Assembly: GCA_040769985.1 (NCBI GenBank)
Contig: JAXGJZ010000001.1
Location: forward strand, 134,718 to 198,717
Source of the DNA: Desulfobacterales bacterium
GTDB taxonomy: Bacteria; Desulfobacterota; Desulfobacteria; Desulfobacterales; JAHDSC01
Direction: 5' to 3'
DNA length: 64,000 bases
The translations under genes and the position numbers were made by a program. This document shows positions 18,868 through 28,360 of this stretch, piece after piece; positions within the stretch are counted from its first letter, which is position 1, and each line of letters opens with the position of its first letter. The notes beneath the pieces were generated by a model, which saw nothing but the letters and a program-made list of their open reading frames with translations, ran no database searches and was not told the origin of the DNA.

Positions 18868-18938
18868 CCCGAATTGAAATCAGTAATAAAAAAACCGCTC
18901 GGCCGACGGTTTGAAACTTTTTAGGACACAAACAGAAA

Positions 18939-20120
18939 ATGAAGCATCATCGCCCTGCACCTTATGATATAGACCTTGACAAGATTCGACTTTTTTTGAA
19001 CCAACGTGAAAGAGATATTTTGTCGCCTCTGGCCACATTGAGCGAAAAGGGTATCCGCCGGTTACATGAAGATCGTCTAGAAACCGAATATCGGCAGGCT
19101 TTTTTCCAGGATGTGGACCGAATCCTTCACTCGCTTGCCTACACACGTTATATTGATAAAACCCAAGTTTTTTATCTGATCAAAAATGATCACATTACCC
19201 ATCGTGTGCTTCACGTCCAACTGGTATCAAAAATTGCCAGAACCATCTGCCGTTTTTTACGATTGAACGAGGATTTGGTCGAGGCGATCGCCTTGGCCCA
19301 TGATATCGGACATTGCCCTTTCGGACATGACGGTGAAACCGTTTTGTCTGAAATTTGCCAGTCTCATGGAATCGGTTGCTTTCTGCACAATGTGCAAAGC
19401 GTTCAATTCCTGGATGCGGTCGAACGAAAAGGAAGAGGATGGAACCTGTGCCTTCAGACCCTTGACGGGATTCTTTGCCATGATGGAGAAATTCATAATG
19501 AATTTCTCACGCCGGAAAAAAGCAAAACATTTGATCAATTCAGAAGGGAAATGGAAATAAAACGGTTTGATTCAAAGACAAGCCTGATTCCGCAAACTAT
19601 GGAGGGATGCGTTGTAAGGATGGCCGATACGATCAGTTATATCGGACGGGATATCGAGGACGCCATAAGGCTGAATATGATAAAAAGATCCGATCTTCCG
19701 AAGGAGCCCGCAACACTGCTTGGGAATACAAACGGTACGATTGTTTACACTCTCGTGACCGATATTATTAAAAACAGTTACCAGAAAAATTACATCGCTT
19801 TCAGTCCGGAAGTGTCCGAGGCATTAAAACAGCTCAAGACCTTTAATCTCGATCATATCTACATGAATCCAAAAATAAAAAAAAACGCCGGTGTCATAAA
19901 GAACCTTTTCGAGATGCTTTTTGAAAAGTACCTGACTGATATCGAAAAAGAAAACCGATCCTCGGTCATTTTTACAAATTTTTTGGAAGATATGTCAGAA
20001 AGCTATATCGCAAACCATAGCAGCGGGCAGATTGTCCGAGATTTCATCGCCGGCATGACCGATCAATATTTTTTGAGGCAATGCCCGGCGCACACGAGGC
20101 CTAAGCCTCGGCTGGGCTAA
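18939..20120 (+). CDS. HD-domain dNTP triphosphohydrolase-like protein (dGTPase family)
   Basis: FQDVDRILHSLAYTRYIDKTQVF...ITHRVLHVQLVSKIAR...LAHDIGHCPFGHDGE...GMTDQYF are dGTPase-family signatures. Confidence 0.8.
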   Translation: MKHHRPAPYDIDLDKIRLFLNQRERDILSPLATLSEKGIRRLHEDRLETEYRQAFFQDVDRILHSLAYTRYIDKTQVFYLIKNDHITHRVLHVQLVSKIARTICRFLRLNEDLVEAIALAHDIGHCPFGHDGETVLSEICQSHGIGCFLHNVQSVQFLDAVERKGRGWNLCLQTLDGILCHDGEIHNEFLTPEKSKTFDQFRREMEIKRFDSKTSLIPQTMEGCVVRMADTISYIGRDIEDAIRLNMIKRSDLPKEPATLLGNTNGTIVYTLVTDIIKNSYQKNYIAFSPEVSEALKQLKTFNLDHIYMNPKIKKNAGVIKNLFEMLFEKYLTDIEKENRSSVIFTNFLEDMSESYIANHSSGQIVRDFIAGMTDQYFLRQCPAHTRPKPRLG

Positions 20121-20193
20121 AGGGTTCATTCCTCCGGATTTTTCGTCGATATGGATTCAGGTTTTCCGGGGAAAGCTTCATGAATGATTCATC

Positions 20194-20931
20194 ATGTATA
20201 CCAAAAAAACTTACCGCAACCAGGTGCGCAAAAATAATCTGGTATCTTTCCACGTGGTCGTCAAGGAAACCGATCTGTTCGTGCAGGCGGAAAAAGTTCT
20301 CGAGAACAGAACTCGGGATCTCGTTCTAAGATATCGGGGGTATATCGAAAATTATATCAAGAGATATCCAGAGTTTGCTGAAACGCTTGTACCTTGGTTG
20401 ATCACGAGTCCTGCTCCGGACATAATCAGAAAGATGGCCGATGCCTCCAAGATTGCGGGGGTGGGACCAATGGCCGCAGTTGCGGGAGCCATAGCCGAGC
20501 AGGTGGGCATGGATTTGCTGAAACGAACAGGGGAAGTCATTGTTGAAAATGGCGGTGATGTTTTTCTGAAAACGGACGATTCGGTCACAATCGGCATTTT
20601 TGCCGGCAAATCTCCTTTGTGCTTGCATATCGGCTTGCGCCTTCCTCCCTTGAAAAGACCGATTTCCGTATGCACATCATCGGGTACGGTCGGTCACTCT
20701 TTGAGCCTTGGAAAAGCCGATGCGGTATGCGTCGTATCTGAATCCTGCTGCCTTGCGGATGCGGCGGCAACTTCAATCGGCAACCGTGTAAAATCCAAAA
20801 AAGATATACATGGAGCAATAGAATTCGGAAAACGGATTGAAGGCTTGGATGGAATTGTCATCATTGTCGATGAAGATCTGGGTGCTTGGGGAGAGCTGGA
20901 ACTCGTTCCGATATACGGAAAAAATGGTTGA
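20194..20931 (+). CDS. UPF0280-family protein (ApbE-like fold)
   Basis: YRNQV...LVSFHVVVKETDLFVQA...YIKRYPEF...GVGPMAAVAGAIAE...ENGGDVFL resembles UPF0280 proteins. Recalled from memory. Confidence 0.6.
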   Translation: MYTKKTYRNQVRKNNLVSFHVVVKETDLFVQAEKVLENRTRDLVLRYRGYIENYIKRYPEFAETLVPWLITSPAPDIIRKMADASKIAGVGPMAAVAGAIAEQVGMDLLKRTGEVIVENGGDVFLKTDDSVTIGIFAGKSPLCLHIGLRLPPLKRPISVCTSSGTVGHSLSLGKADAVCVVSESCCLADAAATSIGNRVKSKKDIHGAIEFGKRIEGLDGIVIIVDEDLGAWGELELVPIYGKNG

Positions 20932-21112
20932 GTTTTAAGCCTAAAAATAGTAATAGCCAAACGACTTCCAAGAGCCTTGCCTCTGCAATTGCAATTTTTG
21001 TACCGTGCATTCTTAGAAGCCTGCTTGAAAAAAATTGAAATGCTTTTTTTAAGGATAACTGAGACATATCCATCAATGACTTAAGGAATTTTTTATCGAA
21101 TGGACATCCGAT

Positions 21113-21598
21113 ATGAAGACTCTATGGGCTCCTTGGCGAATTGAATATGTAACGAGCGACAAGAAAGAGGGATGCATATTTTGCAATGCGATTTCAGAGC
21201 ATGACGATCTGACCCTTTACAAGGGCGAAACAACCATGGTCGTCATGAATAAATTTCCCTATATCAACGGGCATCTTCTGGTAGCTCCGATACGCCACAT
21301 TTCATCCTTGAGCCAGCTCGATAAAGAAGAAATGGGGGAACTCCTTTTCATCGTTGAGCAATCCATAAAAATACTGAAACAGGTCATGAAACCGGAAGGA
21401 TTCAATGTTGGAATAAACCTCGGAAAAGTCGCGGGCGCCGGAGTGGAAGAACATTTGCATTTCCACGTTGTTCCGAGATGGATCGGGGACACCAATGCCT
21501 TCACCGTATTTGCAGAGGTGCGTGTTATTCCCGAGCATTTGAAGGCGACCTTTGATAAATTAAAGCCATACTTTATTAATCTAAACGCAACAGGTTAA
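21113..21598 (+). CDS. HIT-family protein (Ap4A phosphorylase/GalT-like branch)
   Basis: CIFC...NKFPYINGHLLVAP.RH...HLHFHVVPRW. Confidence 0.8.
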   Translation: MKTLWAPWRIEYVTSDKKEGCIFCNAISEHDDLTLYKGETTMVVMNKFPYINGHLLVAPIRHISSLSQLDKEEMGELLFIVEQSIKILKQVMKPEGFNVGINLGKVAGAGVEEHLHFHVVPRWIGDTNAFTVFAEVRVIPEHLKATFDKLKPYFINLNATG

Positions 21599-21616
21599 AA
21601 ATAAAGGAGAAACCTT

Positions 21617-21988
21617 ATGAAAAAAGTTAAGATCGCTCTCTGGATCATCATCTTGGGTTTTCTTGCGGTGATCGTTTATCAGAATCTGCCCTACTTTACG
21701 AGCAAGCACTCCTTCAAAATCGATCTTGTTTTTGAACAATACAGTTGGCCAGAATTAGACAATTATATCCTTTTGATTGCCTGTTTTATTCTTGGTTATA
21801 TAATCGCTTTTTTTTTCAATCTGTCCCAGCGAATGAAATCAAGAAAAGAAATTAAACGGTTAAACGCAGCCGTCGACAGTCACCTGGAAAGAATATCCGA
21901 ACTCAGAAGCGAACTGGAAAACCTGAGAAGCGGTTCGACAAAAAAGCTTTATTCAGAAGACAAAGAGAATGTGAGAGAAGATTCCTGA
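21617..21988 (+). CDS. Small membrane protein with two TM helices and a C-terminal coiled coil, LapA/DUF1049-like
   Basis: Two hydrophobic helices (IALWIIILGFLAVIV, ILLIACFILGYIIAFFF) are followed by a charged helical tail. GGAG RBS. Confidence 0.55.
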   Translation: MKKVKIALWIIILGFLAVIVYQNLPYFTSKHSFKIDLVFEQYSWPELDNYILLIACFILGYIIAFFFNLSQRMKSRKEIKRLNAAVDSHLERISELRSELENLRSGSTKKLYSEDKENVREDS

Positions 21989-22110
21989 AAAAAGAAAAGG
22001 AACGAAAACAGAGGATCGTTTAAAAGTCAGAGCAATATGCTTATCGACCCGCTTTTAATGTGAAAGGGCATTTGCAGCAATCGGAAGTGATATCAATTAT
22101 TGCTTAATCT

Positions 22111-24771
22111 ATGACTTCTTCCAAATCAACTCCCATGATAAAGCAGTATCTGTCTATCAAGGAAACATGCATGGATGCCATACTGTTTTACCGAATGGGA
22201 GACTTTTATGAGATGTTTTTCGAGGATGCCGAACTTGCCTCGAGACTTCTTGAAATCACATTAACCTCCAGAAACAAAAAAGACACCTCCTCCATACCCA
22301 TGTGCGGCGTGCCGGTTCGGGCCGCTCAAAATTATATCGCCCGACTGGTGGAAAAGGGGTATAAAATCGCGATTTGCGATCAGGTCGAAGATCCTGCAGT
22401 AGCAAAAGGTCTCGTCAAAAGAGACATCGTCCGAATCATTACTCCCGGGATGATCATCGAAAATGAATTGCTTGACGAAAAATCAAACAATTTTATTCTG
22501 TCTGTCTCTTTAGATAATTCCTCCGTCGGAATTTCCTGCCTTGACATCTCAACCGGTGCATTCCGGTTATCCGAGTCAACGGATTTGGATGCCATCATTG
22601 AAGAAACCTTTCGAATTTCGCCAAGCGAGGTTATCTTTCCGGAACATTCGAAAAACGATACAAATTTATTGCCAATGATTCACGCGTTGTCCGACAGATC
22701 GATATCCTTTTTAAATGATAAGGTTTTTGAATATCGACGGGCTCGTGAACGCCTGATCGGGCAATTCGGAACCATTTCACTCGAGGGTTTCGGATGTGAA
22801 AAGTTAAAGGCAGGGGTGAGTGCAGCAGGAGCTCTTTTATATTATGTCGGTGAAACACAAAAACAAAAAATCGAACATATTGCCGGAATCGAATCCTACT
22901 CCTTACATAACTACCTTTTCATTGATGAATTATGTTGCCGGAATCTTGAACTCATAAAAAATATACGGACAGGGGCCAGTCAGGGAACCCTGCTCGGAAC
23001 GATTGACCGAACCGTTACGGCCATGGGAGGAAGGCTATTAAAAAGATGGATAAGATATCCTCTTATCGACCCACAGCAGATACTGGCCAGACTTGATGCC
23101 GTTGAAGAAGCCAAAAATAACACCCGGGCTCGGAGAAACATCAGAGAAAACCTGAAGTCGATTTATGATTTGGAAAGACTCGGGAGCAGGATTTGCATGG
23201 GACATTGCAATGCGAGGGATCTGGTGGCGATGAAATGTTCTCTGAATATGCTTCCGAAGATATGGTCCGAGATTTCCCGGTTTAATGCTCGGATGTTCAG
23301 ATGTGATGAGAATATCGAAGATCTTTATGATCTGGCGGATCTTATCGAAAAGGCAATTCGCGAGGACGCCCCCCCGACAATCAATGAAGGAGGAATGATC
23401 CGACCCGGATACAACGCCGAGATAGACGAACTCATAAATATCAGCCGGGATGGTAAAGGCTGGCTGGCAAAGCTGGAAACGCAGGAAAGGCTGGCAACCG
23501 GAATAAACTCCCTGAAGGTCCGATATAACAAGGTGTTCGGATACTATATCGAAATTTCGAAATCCCATTCAACAGCCGCACCGGCCCATTACATCCGCAG
23601 ACAAACGTTGGTGAATGCGGAACGCTACGTTACGGAAGAACTCAAATCTTTTGAAATCAAGGTCTTGGGTTCTGAAGAGAGGCGGACGGCGTTGGAATAT
23701 GAATTGTTTAATAATATAAGAAGCCGGGTTGCAAAAAACAATTCGGGTATTCAAAAGATTGCCCGGTTTTTAGCGGGGGTGGACTGTTTGATGAGCCTTG
23801 CTGAAATGGCCGATGAGAATCAATACTGCCGCCCGGAGATAAATACCGACGGTTACCTATGTATTGAAGAGGGGCGTCATCCCGTTGTGGAAAAGATGAT
23901 AACCGGCGAGCGTTTTGTGCCGAATTCCATCATTATGGATAATAATGAAAATCAGGTGCTGATTATAACCGGCCCGAACATGGCGGGGAAATCGACGGTG
24001 CTTCGTCAGGTGGCGCTTATTGTATTGATGAGTCATATGGGTTCTTTCGTTCCTGCGGTCAAAGCATCCATCGGGATTACAGACAGAATTTTTACACGGG
24101 TCGGAGCGTTGGATAATCTTTCTCACGGGCAAAGTACATTTATGGTGGAAATGGAAGAAACCGCCAACATTCTCAACAACGCAACCAATCAAAGTCTTGT
24201 CGTCATGGATGAAATTGGTAGAGGGACCAGCACGTTTGACGGGCTGAGCATTGCATGGGCAGTCGCCGAGTATCTTCACGACTTGAAACAAAAAGGGGTC
24301 AAAACCCTGTTTGCCACTCATTATCATGAATTGACCGAACTTGCTCTGGAAAAGCCTCGTGTGAAAAATTATAATATTGCCGTGAAAGAGTGGAACGAGG
24401 AAATAATCTTTTTAAGAAAACTTCTTGAAGGCGGCACGAACCGAAGCTATGGAATTCAGGTGGCGCGACTTGCCGGTATTCCGGATATCGTGATAAGACG
24501 ATCCAAAGAAATTCTCTCGGAAATTGAAAACGAAAAGCATCGGTTCAATGATTTGTCGAAATTTTGCCTGCGTGAAAATGAAACTGGAAAGGGGCAGATG
24601 CAACTCGATCTTTTTTGCAAACCCGAGCATTTTATAATCGATAAACTGAAAAACATGAATATATCGAAAATGACTCCGCTGGATGCATTGAATTGCTTAA
24701 ATGAGTTGCAGGAAAAGGCAAACAGCCTATATACGGATTCAAAGAAGCCAGCGGATCGATCCTCTCAATAA
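22111..24771 (+). CDS. mutS: DNA mismatch repair protein MutS
   Basis: TPMIKQYLSIK...FYRMGDFYEMF (mismatch-binding FYE motif). Walker A GPNMAGKST. DEIGRGTSTFDG. THYHEL. Confidence 0.95.
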   Translation: MTSSKSTPMIKQYLSIKETCMDAILFYRMGDFYEMFFEDAELASRLLEITLTSRNKKDTSSIPMCGVPVRAAQNYIARLVEKGYKIAICDQVEDPAVAKGLVKRDIVRIITPGMIIENELLDEKSNNFILSVSLDNSSVGISCLDISTGAFRLSESTDLDAIIEETFRISPSEVIFPEHSKNDTNLLPMIHALSDRSISFLNDKVFEYRRARERLIGQFGTISLEGFGCEKLKAGVSAAGALLYYVGETQKQKIEHIAGIESYSLHNYLFIDELCCRNLELIKNIRTGASQGTLLGTIDRTVTAMGGRLLKRWIRYPLIDPQQILARLDAVEEAKNNTRARRNIRENLKSIYDLERLGSRICMGHCNARDLVAMKCSLNMLPKIWSEISRFNARMFRCDENIEDLYDLADLIEKAIREDAPPTINEGGMIRPGYNAEIDELINISRDGKGWLAKLETQERLATGINSLKVRYNKVFGYYIEISKSHSTAAPAHYIRRQTLVNAERYVTEELKSFEIKVLGSEERRTALEYELFNNIRSRVAKNNSGIQKIARFLAGVDCLMSLAEMADENQYCRPEINTDGYLCIEEGRHPVVEKMITGERFVPNSIIMDNNENQVLIITGPNMAGKSTVLRQVALIVLMSHMGSFVPAVKASIGITDRIFTRVGALDNLSHGQSTFMVEMEETANILNNATNQSLVVMDEIGRGTSTFDGLSIAWAVAEYLHDLKQKGVKTLFATHYHELTELALEKPRVKNYNIAVKEWNEEIIFLRKLLEGGTNRSYGIQVARLAGIPDIVIRRSKEILSEIENEKHRFNDLSKFCLRENETGKGQMQLDLFCKPEHFIIDKLKNMNISKMTPLDALNCLNELQEKANSLYTDSKKPADRSSQ

Positions 24772-24803
24772 TTTCATACTTGAAAGACGCACATAACAAA
24801 AAA

Positions 24804-26558
24804 ATGAAAGCGCAGTACACAACTTCCCGATCGCGGAAGAATTTTCCCAATCCTGTATCGAGGATGAAGAGAGAACCCATATTATACTGTGTTCTTATTT
24901 GCTGTGTCATTGCGCTGTGTTGGCCACGCGAGACATCGGCGGTCACCGCAAAAAATAAATACTTTATTGCCGAAGCTTCTTATAAAAAGCTGCGGCAAAA
25001 CCCCAAAAAGCAGAAATACAGAGATAACTGGATGTCATGTATCAAGCGGTTTCAAGATGTTTATCGGGATGATCCAGACGGGCCATGGGCCGCTGCCGGC
25101 ATGTATATGTCCGGAATTCTCTACTATGAATTGTTTAAACATTCACTGAGAACCTCGGACGTCGATGAAGCCATTGATATTTTTAAACGAATTATAAACC
25201 GATATCCGAAAAGCAAATACAGGATCAAGGCCAAAGACACCATCGACCGTATTTTCAATTCGGATCGACCGGAAAGCGCCTCCAAAAAAGATTTGTGTGA
25301 TGAAGAAAATGGAAAAAAAGAGAGATCCGATGACCTTACAAGGTTGATTGAAACCGCATCTCCACCTGAAGCATCGGCTCAAAACGATCGCAATCTGAAC
25401 GAAAGCAAGGCTGCAAATATCACCGGGCTGAGGTTCTGGTCCAATCCCAACTATACCCGGGTGGTTATCGATGCCGATGAAGAGACATCCTATACTCACC
25501 GGCTACTCAAGAAAGATCCCGCAATTCATAAACCCCAGAGATTGTATGTCGACTTGGGAAACAGCAAGTTGGCGAAAGACACTGAAAAGATAATTCCTAT
25601 CAATGATGATCTGCTCAGCGGCGCTCGGGCAGGACAGTATACATTGGATTCGGTTCGGGTTGTTGTTGATATCAAATCCTTTAAAACTTACAAGATTTTC
25701 TCCCTTAAAAACCCCTTCAGGATCGTTATCGATGTATGGGGCGATGCTGCCGAGTCGGCTGTCGCAAAAAACTCCCGGGAAGGCATCGCAAACAACGGTA
25801 AAATTTCAGCCGGTGCTCTAGCGAAACAGCTGGCTCTCGGTGTCAACACCATCGTTATCGATCCGGGTCATGGGGGTCGCGATTACGGAGCGCCCGGATA
25901 TTTGAAAGGCGTTCATGAGAAAAATGTTACACTCAAGATTGCCAGGCAACTCAGAAAAAAAATCCGTGAACAGCTGGGTTGTGAGGTCATCATGACCAGA
26001 GACGGCGATCGGTATCTTACTCTTGAAGAGCGTACGGCGATCGCGAACACCAAAAATGCGGATCTTTTTATATCCATTCACACCAATGCTGCAAGAGATC
26101 GAAGAGCATTCGGTATTGAAACCTATTTCCTGAATCTCGCAACAGACGATGAGGCGATTTTGGTGGCTGCCAGAGAAAATGCAACTTCCACGAAAAACAT
26201 CAGCGATCTGCAGGCGATTCTAAATGATCTCATGCAAAATGCAAAAATCAATGAGTCGAGTCGATTGGCAACCGCCGTTCAGAAGTCCATATGTAAAGGT
26301 ATACAAAAAAACTATAACAACACAAAAAATAAAGGCGTGAAACAGGCGCCGTTTTATGTGCTTTTGGGAGCCCAAATGCCTGCCATACTGGTTGAAACTT
26401 CCTTTATCAGCAATTCCAGGGAATGCCAGCGGCTGATTAATGAAAACTATCAGGATCGACTGTGCCAGGGAATCGTAAATGGTATCGGACAATATATCCG
26501 AGAAAACAATCCGACCGCCTTTTTCAAAATGCATCCAGCCTCCGGAAGTGAGGGATAA
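24804..26558 (+). CDS. N-acetylmuramoyl-L-alanine amidase with an N-terminal YbgF/TPR-like region and an AMIN domain
   Basis: AMIN: ITGLRFWSNPNYTRVVID. Amidase_3: IVIDPGHGGRDYGA...SIHTNA...FISN. The start is ambiguous among TTG 24780, ATG 24804 and ATG 24864; the last gives the signal-like MKREPILYCVLICCVIALC. Confidence 0.85.
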   Translation: MKAQYTTSRSRKNFPNPVSRMKREPILYCVLICCVIALCWPRETSAVTAKNKYFIAEASYKKLRQNPKKQKYRDNWMSCIKRFQDVYRDDPDGPWAAAGMYMSGILYYELFKHSLRTSDVDEAIDIFKRIINRYPKSKYRIKAKDTIDRIFNSDRPESASKKDLCDEENGKKERSDDLTRLIETASPPEASAQNDRNLNESKAANITGLRFWSNPNYTRVVIDADEETSYTHRLLKKDPAIHKPQRLYVDLGNSKLAKDTEKIIPINDDLLSGARAGQYTLDSVRVVVDIKSFKTYKIFSLKNPFRIVIDVWGDAAESAVAKNSREGIANNGKISAGALAKQLALGVNTIVIDPGHGGRDYGAPGYLKGVHEKNVTLKIARQLRKKIREQLGCEVIMTRDGDRYLTLEERTAIANTKNADLFISIHTNAARDRRAFGIETYFLNLATDDEAILVAARENATSTKNISDLQAILNDLMQNAKINESSRLATAVQKSICKGIQKNYNNTKNKGVKQAPFYVLLGAQMPAILVETSFISNSRECQRLINENYQDRLCQGIVNGIGQYIRENNPTAFFKMHPASGSEG

Positions 26559-26568
26559 CGGGAAGAAA

Positions 26569-27531
26569 TCAAGCATGGTTCCGCAATCGGAGCGCGAGCG
26601 GATGGGGATTTAAGTAAATTTGTTCTTTAAGATAAGATTGTTGATATTTTCGGACATAATGATTCATGAGGGTGACCGGAACAATCAACGGCAGGTCTCC
26701 TTGCATATATTGATATATGATTTCAAGCAATTCCTGTTTTTCATCCGGGCTTGTCAGTTTTTTAAAATAACCCATCATGTGCTGCAGTACGTTGGTATTT
26801 TTTCGAATCGTGGTTTTCATCGATACTGCCGTCATTAAAAGCGTTTCGTACTCTGGGTATAATTCCTTGATCGGAAGCTGTTTTGCATCAGCCACCAGTT
26901 TGCCGAGCAAACGGTAATGAATCGGGCTGTGTGAGAGGATTAAAAATTTATGGCGGGTATAAAAGTCCACCAGATTGCCGATACTCCATTTTGCCGCAAG
27001 GGTTTCCCTCCATCGTTTCATGGTAAATACCCGTTCGATAAAATTTTCCCTTAGCTTCGGATCATGAATGCGTCCTTCATCTTCAACCGGTATCAGCGGA
27101 AAATGTTCCATGAATATTCGTGCGAAAATGCCACTTCCCTTTTTAACAGGCATCCCTTTTTCATTATATACTTTCACCCTTTCCATACCGCTGCTGGGGG
27201 ACTTGCTTTTAAAAATAAAACCGCAAAGCGCTTCTTTTTCAAGTTGTCTCACCCGTTTTTCAGCCCATTGAACCATACGTTCGGTATAGTCAACTTTGCT
27301 GCGCCGGGTTATGAGACGGGGTGTTTTTGGGTCTCCTTCCAGACGAAATGCTTCTCTGGGTACCCCAAAACCGCATTCGACTTCCGGACAGACCGGAACA
27401 TATTCTACAAATTGACCGAGAGTGTCCGTCAGGAAATGATCTAATTTGTGCCCGCCGTCATATCTTACCTTTTGCCCCAGCAAACAGGCGCTGATTCCCA
27501 TCTTAATCCGGTCTGCCATAAAAACCTCCAT
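26569..27531 (-). CDS. DUF523-DUF1722 fusion protein (YbbK/YbgA-like)
   Basis: GISACLLGQKVRYDGGHK is a DUF523 signature. The C-terminal half resembles YbgA (DUF1722). Confidence 0.7.
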   Translation of the reverse strand: MEVFMADRIKMGISACLLGQKVRYDGGHKLDHFLTDTLGQFVEYVPVCPEVECGFGVPREAFRLEGDPKTPRLITRRSKVDYTERMVQWAEKRVRQLEKEALCGFIFKSKSPSSGMERVKVYNEKGMPVKKGSGIFARIFMEHFPLIPVEDEGRIHDPKLRENFIERVFTMKRWRETLAAKWSIGNLVDFYTRHKFLILSHSPIHYRLLGKLVADAKQLPIKELYPEYETLLMTAVSMKTTIRKNTNVLQHMMGYFKKLTSPDEKQELLEIIYQYMQGDLPLIVPVTLMNHYVRKYQQSYLKEQIYLNPHPLALRLRNHA

Positions 27532-27710
27532 GAAAAAGACCCAAGCTTCTCATAACATTGAAACGGTTTCGACTGCGGCCCAATAAAATCTGTTTCCGCG
27601 ATTTGGTTGGCGGACCAATGGAATCGCCATAACGCAGAACTCGTCAAACAGACAGCAATTTAGACCAAGCCGAAACCTATCTTCCGGGGATCCGCTGATC
27701 CGCATCATCT

Positions 27711-27857
27711 AACAGGGTGTTGAAAAACTGCGCCTGAGGCCGCCATTCAGCGTTGCACGGCTCTCTCCAATGCTCACATATGTTTGAATATGCTGCGCTT
27801 GTTGCTTCGCCGCGCGCCTTGTCTGACGGCCTGATTCTTGTTTTTCAACGCCCTGCT
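27711..27857. repeat. Imperfect palindromic element of about 147 bp, MITE/REP-like
   Basis: The terminal arm AACAGGGTGTTGAAAAAC (27711-27728) compares with the reverse complement of 27840-27857, AGCAGGGCGTTGAAAAAC, at 16 of 18 positions. Inner arms TGAGGCCGCCA and TCAGGCCGTCA also pair. The element is intergenic. No second copy was seen in the window. Confidence 0.5.
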
Positions 27858-27882
27858 AAATTTGGAAGAGTTATGGCCCATA

Positions 27883-28341
27883 TCATTGGCTGATACGGAG
27901 TTCCGTTACTTTTTGAAAGGTTTCGACGAGATAGCAGAATTCCAATTTAACGTTTATCAAGGCACTGGTCGGTTCCATTAAAAAATCTTCCAAATAAGGA
28001 TGCTTGGTCAGATAGTGTCTCAAAAGAACATCCCTTTCTTTTCCATCGGCGATTTCGGCTTTTCCCGTCGCCGTTACAGCGATCGCGTCCTGAATATCCG
28101 AATTTTGATTGGTTCGATTGTCGATCAGAAAAGAAACGCGTGAATCGGTCTTGATGTTGGAAAACTTTCGGGTGTTCTTGGAAGTTACGAACAGAATTTG
28201 TTTCAAATCTTTTGTTGATGCAAAACACACCAGACTGGAATAGGGCTGCCCTTTGTCATGAGTGGAAAGAACGGCCAGCTTTTGGGAGGCGAACAGTTCG
28301 TTCAGACGTTGCTTGATTTTTTCGGAATCGTTTCTGCTCAT
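27883..28341 (-). CDS. Pyridoxamine 5'-phosphate oxidase-family (FMN-binding split-barrel) protein
   Basis: LAVLSTHDKGQPYSSLVCF...ILFVTSKNTRKFSNI..DSRVS is the typical PNPOx-like pattern. Confidence 0.65.
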   Translation of the reverse strand: MSRNDSEKIKQRLNELFASQKLAVLSTHDKGQPYSSLVCFASTKDLKQILFVTSKNTRKFSNIKTDSRVSFLIDNRTNQNSDIQDAIAVTATGKAEIADGKERDVLLRHYLTKHPYLEDFLMEPTSALINVKLEFCYLVETFQKVTELRISQ

Positions 28342-28360
28342 TTGTTTTGCCTTTCTCAGA

